From positions 1 to 63,037 of the IMG/VR virus record IMGVR_UViG_3300035670_010208: a stretch of 63,037 nt of DNA. One strand, 5' to 3'. The translations under genes and the position numbers were made by a program. A model generated the notes under the pieces. The model saw only the letters and a program-made list of their open reading frames with translations. It was not told where the DNA came from and made no database searches. Origin of the DNA: a virus. Lineage: Duplodnaviria; Caudoviricetes. Positions within the stretch are counted from its first letter, which is position 1, and the number at the start of each line of letters is the position of its first letter. Of the stretch, positions 57,047 through 63,037 are shown in pieces.

Positions 57047-59089
57047 TTAAAAGTCTACACGATCTGCTAATTGTGCTAGTCTTGATTTTACATCATTCAA
57101 TTGAGCAAAAGTTGATTTGTCGTTTAGTTTGTTTATATCTGTTACTAGCTTCATGTAATCTTTTGCCAAGGCATCTCTCATGCCTTTTTCTGCTGCTTTT
57201 GCAGCAATTTCTTTTGCAGCTCTTTTGTATGCCTCTATTGTAGCCATTGCTTTATTGTTTCTTGGTTCATTGGCCGCTTTACCGATAAAAGAATCTAAAT
57301 TTTTATTCTCGTACATATTTCTGTCTGGCTCTTCTAGATCTTCTTCTGAATCTGAACATAGATAATCTGCTACTGTAGATAGATAGTTTGCAGCGAGAGT
57401 TAATTTGGACTGTACCCATGATTCCATTTCGCCCTCACCATTTTTTACATGTTTGTATATTTTTTTAGCAGCTCTTACAGCAGTTTTGAGTTGGTTTCTT
57501 GCCATATCATATTCATGATCTGGTTCTCGCTCTTCGTTTTCGTAATCTGAATATTTCATTTCTTTTATAATCCTTTTGTGACTAAATTTTCTGTTTTCGC
57601 TCATAAAGTCTCCTCCAACTTTTCTTTGTAGTACGGACGGATCAACGACTTCTCTTGCGCCTGTTTCTTTTTCAAAAAATTCTGAAAATACGTTTATAAC
57701 AATTTCATCGACTTTTTCCAAAGCTGTTTCGATCTCTGAATCCGATTTGTTAATATCTTCGCAAAACTCATCAAACTTAGTTTGAATAATTGAAAAGAAC
57801 TTTTCTGCAGCCTGTTGTGCTAGTATTGGTAATTTTTTTGTATTGAATAGATTGGCCTGATCGCTTAAGCTTTTTGGTTCTTGATATCCTGCCAACTTGA
57901 AATATTTGTTGGCTTTTGCTCTAAGCTCTTTTTCTATATTTTCTTTTGTATTTTCATCTGCATGGCACAGTTGTCTAACAAGAGCAGCAAGCTCTCTTTT
58001 TATAGAGTTTATTTCTTTTTCCCTAGGTGAACTTGTTGATATTTGCGAACCACCCACAGCATTTTTCGAAAGTTTATCATAAACTCTGTTGATTACGTTC
58101 AAGTATTTTGTCTCTTGTTCTCTTTCAAGCTTTAGTTTTAATATAGCGTCTTGAAGATTTCTTTTCTTTTGTATTTGTTCTTGATTTTTTGTAGAATAAC
58201 TAATTTTGTCAATTTCTAATTGTAATGATGTTATCTTTTCTTTTATTTTTTCTATTTTTTGTTGAGATTCTAGTAAATCTTGCTTTACTAAATTTAAAAT
58301 TTCTGATTTTCTTTTTTCTAATTTTTGTTTTGTTAACTGTATCTCGTCTTTTAGATTGTAATATTCTGCTTTTTTATCTCTAAGTTCTTCTCTCTTCCGA
58401 TCGTAAAGATCTTTTCTTTTTTCAAATTTTAGCTCTTGAATCTCTATGTTTAGTTCGTCAATCTCTTTTGAAAGAGATGAGAGTTTGAATAATTGTGTTT
58501 CGTATTTAGCTCTTAAAGCTTCGCCAGCCTTCGTACCAGATGCAGCTTCTATTTCTTCAAGATAGTATTTTTCTAATTCTTCTTTTGTTTTTGTAGGTTC
58601 TTGTTGTACAAGATATTGTGTAGAAACTGGAACTGAAACATTTTGTACAACAGGTTTCTGCGAAACATCTTTACCTAGATATGCATCTAGAACATCTAAA
58701 TAATCTATCCTCTTTCTTTTTCCGTATTTTTTTTCTTTTTGTGGTGCTGAACTGACAGAAGGAGGTGAGGGCTCTTTTGGTAAAGAAGGTTTATCTATAA
58801 CTGTTTCCGCTTTTGCAGGAGTTTGTTGTTCAGGTTTTTTTCCAACGGGTGCTCCTGGAGGAGTATCATCTGCTGAGGAAACTGTCTTATTTTTCGCAGA
58901 ACTTTTGTTAAGGTATGCCCTCACTTCTTTTTCAGTTGGTTCTCTTTTTAAAGAATTTTTTAAAACATCAACTGCATTGATGTAATCATCGTAACTAACT
59001 TTTGCCTCATTTGTGATCCTTAAGTTAAGTTTAAAACCCAAAGAACCTGGCACAAATCCAAGATTTTTTATTTTTTTATTTGTATCCAT
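57047..59089 (-). CDS. Large coiled-coil protein with a DHEYDMAR...WVQSKLT module; putative internal head protein
   Basis: ITNE-A and IIKE-M sites; DHEYDMARNQL...ESWVQSKLTLAANYLSTVADYL, a module I recall from T4-like phage proteins. Likely start is ATG 59089. Confidence 0.72.
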   Translation of the reverse strand: MDTNKKIKNLGFVPGSLGFKLNLRITNEAKVSYDDYINAVDVLKNSLKREPTEKEVRAYLNKSSAKNKTVSSADDTPPGAPVGKKPEQQTPAKAETVIDKPSLPKEPSPPSVSSAPQKEKKYGKRKRIDYLDVLDAYLGKDVSQKPVVQNVSVPVSTQYLVQQEPTKTKEELEKYYLEEIEAASGTKAGEALRAKYETQLFKLSSLSKEIDELNIEIQELKFEKRKDLYDRKREELRDKKAEYYNLKDEIQLTKQKLEKRKSEILNLVKQDLLESQQKIEKIKEKITSLQLEIDKISYSTKNQEQIQKKRNLQDAILKLKLEREQETKYLNVINRVYDKLSKNAVGGSQISTSSPREKEINSIKRELAALVRQLCHADENTKENIEKELRAKANKYFKLAGYQEPKSLSDQANLFNTKKLPILAQQAAEKFFSIIQTKFDEFCEDINKSDSEIETALEKVDEIVINVFSEFFEKETGAREVVDPSVLQRKVGGDFMSENRKFSHKRIIKEMKYSDYENEEREPDHEYDMARNQLKTAVRAAKKIYKHVKNGEGEMESWVQSKLTLAANYLSTVADYLCSDSEEDLEEPDRNMYENKNLDSFIGKAANEPRNNKAMATIEAYKRAAKEIAAKAAEKGMRDALAKDYMKLVTDINKLNDKSTFAQLNDVKSRLAQLADRVDF

Positions 59090-59108
59090 ACCAGGTTCCT
59101 TTGTTTGA

Positions 59109-60404
59109 TTAGTAAGTTTTCTTTTCAAAAGATTTTGTTGCTTTACTAAGTTCTCTGGCGATATTTTCAACAGGCAATTTTGTCTTTCCGCGCTCGGCAG
59201 CAGTTTTCATTTTTTTCAAAATAAGTTTGAAATCACCCATCTTCCATTCTTTATATTTGTTTCTTTTCTCTGCGCAGAGGTTTTTCAGATCGTTTGGTAA
59301 TTGAAATCTATGATCGGCATTCACTGAGCATAGGTAGATCGCTTTTAGATCTTTCTTTTGATCTTCCGGCTCTTTTTTGAGAAACTCATTGACATATTTT
59401 TGTCTTTGTGCTTCTGTGCTGACTCTTCCGAGTCCCGCCCCTTCTGCTGATACAAGATCGCTACCATAATCAGCACCTGTACCTGTTAAACCACGGTCAT
59501 TCGCAATTGCTGAATCGTAAGCTGCATGTCTTTCATCTCTTGTGTAAGGCTTTCTTGAGCGCTCTATTTGCTCACGATCATCTGTATGAAGACCTTTATC
59601 TTTAGCCTCTTCTAGATCGCCAAGTCCAAACTTTCTTTTCCTCATTATATAAGAATCATCTAATTCTTTTTTGTCTTTAGACCTGTCAGAGTTAGATGAT
59701 CCCTTTTTGCTCATCTTTACAGGTTTTTCATCTTTTTTAGATTTTTTTTTTACAACACCCTTTTTCTTTAGACTCTCAAACACTGACTGTGCAATTTTTC
59801 TTGAAAGAAGTTCTGATACGACTGACTCTTTTAGTTCTGGACCTTCAAGATCTTCGTCTTCATCTTCCATATCGAAATCTTCGTCTTCCATGCCAAGATC
59901 TTCGTCTTCATCTTCCATATCGAGATCATCTAGTGGAGAATAGTCCTTTAGCTTTACAACGTCTCCAAGAGATTTAGTTAGTGCAGCTACAATATCTTTT
60001 ACAAGTTTCTCTGCGTCAACTTGTACTACACTATCTTTGCCCATCGAAGGAGATTCTTCTTCTCCGCCAACTTCTTCTACATCAAAATCATCTTCTAGAT
60101 CGCCAAATCTATCGTCTGACTCTACTGAACCTTCGTCGTCCATTTCATCTTCGTCACCCTCTACTTCCATTTCGTCTTCATCGCCCTCATATTCTAGTTC
60201 TGCATCTTCTGCATCATGAAGAACTTCACCTTCCTCTTCCTCTTCTTCACATACAGCCTCTTTCTTTGGTGAGCGACCATATGGCTTCTTCTTGTCGTCT
60301 TTTTTTGACTTATTTTTCTTTGCTTCTGTAATAAATCTATCTGAGTAATCTGAGTTACCAGCTAGAGTCATCATTCTTTTAACAAAACTTTCATTTAATT
60401 TCAT
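59109..60404 (-). CDS. Highly acidic hypothetical protein; putative prohead core / internal protein
   Basis: MKLNESFVKRMMTLAG leader; D/E tracts; ITE-A, LKE-S and LEE-A sites. Confidence 0.75.
   Translation of the reverse strand: MKLNESFVKRMMTLAGNSDYSDRFITEAKKNKSKKDDKKKPYGRSPKKEAVCEEEEEEGEVLHDAEDAELEYEGDEDEMEVEGDEDEMDDEGSVESDDRFGDLEDDFDVEEVGGEEESPSMGKDSVVQVDAEKLVKDIVAALTKSLGDVVKLKDYSPLDDLDMEDEDEDLGMEDEDFDMEDEDEDLEGPELKESVVSELLSRKIAQSVFESLKKKGVVKKKSKKDEKPVKMSKKGSSNSDRSKDKKELDDSYIMRKRKFGLGDLEEAKDKGLHTDDREQIERSRKPYTRDERHAAYDSAIANDRGLTGTGADYGSDLVSAEGAGLGRVSTEAQRQKYVNEFLKKEPEDQKKDLKAIYLCSVNADHRFQLPNDLKNLCAEKRNKYKEWKMGDFKLILKKMKTAAERGKTKLPVENIARELSKATKSFEKKTY
59846..59923. repeat. 30-bp perfect direct repeat (two copies, 48-bp period) encoding DMEDEDEDL
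   Basis: CAAGATCTTCGTCTTCATCTTCCATATCGA at 59846-59875 and 59894-59923, with a partial copy between them. Confidence 0.85.
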
Positions 60405-60458
60405 ATTTTTTTCCTTTTTTTAGATATTAAACGATTTATATCAAATCGTTTTAAATAG

Positions 60459-61075
60459 TTAAGACACAAAAATTTTAGAAAACTGTTTTTGCAGAATGGC
60501 AGATTCAACACAAGTAACTATCTCTTGAGTAGAAACGCCAGAGTTCAATTTGTCTCCAAACATCTCTTCGAATACATCGGCTATTGCATCTGCAAGTCTC
60601 ATAGCAAAATCAGCAACATCAACTGTTATCTCTTCTTGTCCACCATAATAATCTTCTTTGAAGCCAGAATCTACATGTTCTTCTGGTCTGTATTCATCAT
60701 ATATTTTACCGCTATCTCCGTAATAATCAAAGTAAGGGAAGTTATTCATATGGCTTTCATTGAGCTTCAATGCTGAGATTAAACTATTGACTGTTCTGTC
60801 CAATGAATCTTCCACCTTTTTGCCTGCACGCCACTGTCTACATGACCAATATCTAGCCGATAGTTTGTCTTTTGCTGTATTGCATTTATGTCGTTTGTTA
60901 AAAGACTTTCTTCGCTTTGGGTTGTCTCTCTTGATTTCGAGATTTGCATCACCATATCTGATTGTTTTTGTTTTGTCCCCAGATTTAGCTAGAACAACAA
61001 ATTTTTTCTTACCGTAACCAGGTTCACCCTTTTTAATTCTTCTTGGTTTGTTTACAGGTCCCTTATTTTTTTTAC
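60459..61075 (-). CDS. Start-less reading frame with a basic RRKSFxxRHxC...ARYWSC domain plus the 118-aa ORF; probably the 3' half of the upstream gene
   Basis: Manual translation upstream of GTG 60815 is open: SKKNKGPVNKPRR...YGDANLEIKRDNPKRRKSFNKRHKC...ARYWSCRQW. It has no ATG, GTG or TTG and joins the upstream ORF by a -1 shift at an A10 run. Confidence 0.7.
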
Positions 61076-61780
61076 TTTTTTTTTTGATTCCAACATGTTT
61101 TTTGATTCATTTGCTGAATGCTGTAGGTTTACGTTATTATCTTCTTTTTTAGGAGCGTTATATCCTGGGTTTGTAGCTAAAATTTGTGTAATTGTCTGTT
61201 TTACCCATTGTGCAAAACCAGAATCTCCCTTTTGTTTATACACTTTTAAAACATTCTGCCAATTGTTCTTAATTGTGCTCTTGTATGAATTACAAAGTTT
61301 GCCTAGTCTAAACTGATCGTCACTATTCAAAGATTCACCGCTCTCGCCCCTCATACTCAACATCAGTTTTTTACAAACTTCAGTAATATTTTTTTCTGCC
61401 ACACGTTCAAAAGCGTCGATTCCATGTCGTTTTTTATAATCTTCACGCTGACTATTGTTCATTCCGCCAGCTCCACTATCTCCTGCTCCTGGTTGAATTT
61501 CGACTGGTCTATATTTTTGAGCTTCTTGTTTAGAAAATCCACCGTAATTAACAAGATCGTACCAATCATTAGTTTGAATTATTGCGTATTCAATAGTGGC
61601 TCTTGCTAATTCTTTATCTAGATCGACATCTTTCTGAGATCTTGATTGTGAAGATTGGTGCCTTGGAAAATCAAAACCATCGCCTTCTTTTACCATTCTT
61701 TTATCGAAAGATTCCTTTAGGTGATCAATCTTTGCGATTCTCATGAACTTTTCTACTAATAATTTATCAACTTTTGACAT
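61052..61780 (-). CDS. Hypothetical protein, putative internal head protein (5' half of a frameshifted gene)
   Basis: MSKVDKLLVEKFMRIAKI leader; LKE-S, VKE-G and MLE-S sites; GGAGAGG SD before the ATG at 61780. Confidence 0.7.
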   Translation of the reverse strand: MSKVDKLLVEKFMRIAKIDHLKESFDKRMVKEGDGFDFPRHQSSQSRSQKDVDLDKELARATIEYAIIQTNDWYDLVNYGGFSKQEAQKYRPVEIQPGAGDSGAGGMNNSQREDYKKRHGIDAFERVAEKNITEVCKKLMLSMRGESGESLNSDDQFRLGKLCNSYKSTIKNNWQNVLKVYKQKGDSGFAQWVKQTITQILATNPGYNAPKKEDNNVNLQHSANESKNMLESKKKVKKIRDL

Positions 61781-61837
61781 TTGTAATTCCCTCTCCATTT
61801 AATTATTATAATTTATAACATAATTAAATATAATTAT

Positions 61838-62131
61838 CTAATCTTTGACATTTTCTTCAATATCTGGTATAAAGTTGCCTTTTTCTTTTAGATGAGCAAC
61901 CAAACTACATTTTTTATAATCCTCTTCCATTGCAATAGTATATCTTCTTTTTTCATTTTCTAAAAACAATTTCATTAATTCTTCTGCATGAGGAGAATAG
62001 TTAGAAAATTGTTCCATCATAAATGCTACAAATTTAGTTGGTTGGACTTTATAATAATTACAACGAGAAAAGAACTTAATAAATAAGTTCTTTTGAAAAG
62101 ATAAATATGTTTTAGAAGAAAAGTCAGACAT
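61838..62131 (-). CDS. Hypothetical protein
   Basis: 97-aa ORF overlapping the stop of the upstream gene. Confidence 0.6.
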   Translation of the reverse strand: MSDFSSKTYLSFQKNLFIKFFSRCNYYKVQPTKFVAFMMEQFSNYSPHAEELMKLFLENEKRRYTIAMEEDYKKCSLVAHLKEKGNFIPDIEENVKD

Positions 62132-63037
62132 GATGAGGTCTGCTCTGAATTAGCGAAGAATGAGAGACTTTGGTGAACCTGACGTTTTTCTGATATTCGC
62201 TAAGATTTCTGGCGTCAACATAAGAAAAAGCTGACTGTAGACCATGTTCTATTTGGCTAATTACTTTCTCTACTTTTCCTTTATATGGAATTAGCATCGA
62301 AACACCTTCTTCTCTAATCCTGGATTGACCTCTGTCTTTCTGAGAAGATGCTGAAGCCATTCCTCTATAGCTTTTCATCCATTTACCATCTACATCAATC
62401 TTTTCACCAGGGGCAGCTTTTGTTCCGGCCAACATTGAGCCAAGAATTACGGCATCACAACCGCAAGCTAATGCTTTTGCAATATCTCCTGGGTTTCTTA
62501 GTCCACCGTCTGCGAAATATTGCTTCTTATGGACATCTCTCACATTAGGAGTCACAGCGATCTCGAAACATCCTTGGAAACTATTATATCCAACACCAGT
62601 TTCTACTGATGTTTTACACGCTGCTCCGCTTCCAATTCCAACACGAACTGAGTCAACAAGCTCATCAGGCATATATATAAAATTGTTTACGCTTCCAATT
62701 GTTCCAACAATAAAATGAACATCATCTGGAATAATCTGTCTAACATTTTTGGCAGCTTCAATCGCTTGAGATGTACAAGCATTCGCAACATCAACACAGA
62801 TAATATTACATCCAGCTTCGATTAGGGCGTAAGTTCTTTCTAGGTAATCTCCATTAATTCCAATAGCCCCACCGCAGTTAAATTTGTTTGAATGCTTTTC
62901 TGGAAGAGATTCAAAAATCTTTCTTGCTTCTTTGACTAAAGAATTCTGTGTAGCAATAGAGTTAAATCTATGAATAATTCCAACAGCACCTATAGCAGAA
63001 AGACGGCCAGCCATTTCGCTCTCACAAACAGTGTCCA
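62124..63037 (-). CDS. IMP dehydrogenase / GMP reductase family protein without CBS domains, 5'-truncated
   Basis: (M)DTV at the window edge, IIHRF, VDVAN, RVGIGSGAACKT, ADGG, KALA, LGSMLAGT, YRGMAS and EEG. Confidence 0.9.
   Translation of the reverse strand, partial: DTVCESEMAGRLSAIGAVGIIHRFNSIATQNSLVKEARKIFESLPEKHSNKFNCGGAIGINGDYLERTYALIEAGCNIICVDVANACTSQAIEAAKNVRQIIPDDVHFIVGTIGSVNNFIYMPDELVDSVRVGIGSGAACKTSVETGVGYNSFQGCFEIAVTPNVRDVHKKQYFADGGLRNPGDIAKALACGCDAVILGSMLAGTKAAPGEKIDVDGKWMKSYRGMASASSQKDRGQSRIREEGVSMLIPYKGKVEKVISQIEHGLQSAFSYVDARNLSEYQKNVRFTKVSHSSLIQSRPHHV

Noticed and set aside
59846-59923. 30-bp direct repeat as a possible CRISPR or recombination site
   Set aside because: Only two copies, in frame inside an acidic low-complexity coding tract; best explained as slippage duplication.
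1-63037. Alternative genetic code (stop-codon reassignment), as seen in some large phages
   Set aside because: Conserved genes are full length in code 11 with high coding density, and TAA, TAG and TGA all occur as genuine stops.
1-63037. CRISPR array, tRNA genes, self-splicing introns, reverse transcriptase / DGR
   Set aside because: By eye I found no spaced repeat array, cloverleaf with T-loop consensus, interrupted gene needing RNA splicing or RT motif. Intergenic space is minimal. Confirmation needs tRNAscan-SE and Infernal.

Overview
This is a 63-kb, AT-rich, gene-dense segment of a large tailed dsDNA bacteriophage (T4-like myovirus; likely jumbo or huge phage) using the standard genetic code. 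Left arm (minus strand, 1-10.8 kb): a truncated transketolase-like subunit, six glycosyltransferases, hypothetical genes and a beta-propeller protein, followed by an AT-rich, origin-like spacer with divergent sigma70-type promoters. Middle (plus strand, 14.4-48.5 kb): the virion module (scaffold, gp23-like capsid, Hef-like homing endonuclease, neck, tail terminator fused to a propeller, sheath, tube, tail chaperone with a -1 frameshift site, tape measure, baseplate). The replication module follows: compact family-A polymerase domain, degenerate tubulin-like protein, gp32-like SSB, UvsX/RecA, 5'-3' exonuclease, DnaB-like helicase, class II ribonucleotide reductase with two inteins (one Pro-initiated class 3) and a Dam-like MTase. 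Right arm (minus strand): ParB-like and HExxH proteins, GroEL, SWIM protein, metallophosphoesterase, amidase, ClpP with an altered triad, modular putative internal head proteins and an IMPDH/GMP reductase. The best candidate for an undescribed system is virion O-glycosylation: [S/T]-G-S motifs are strongly concentrated in predicted exposed virion proteins, and the glycosyltransferase cluster lies in the same window. All calls come from reading motifs by eye; no searches were run.
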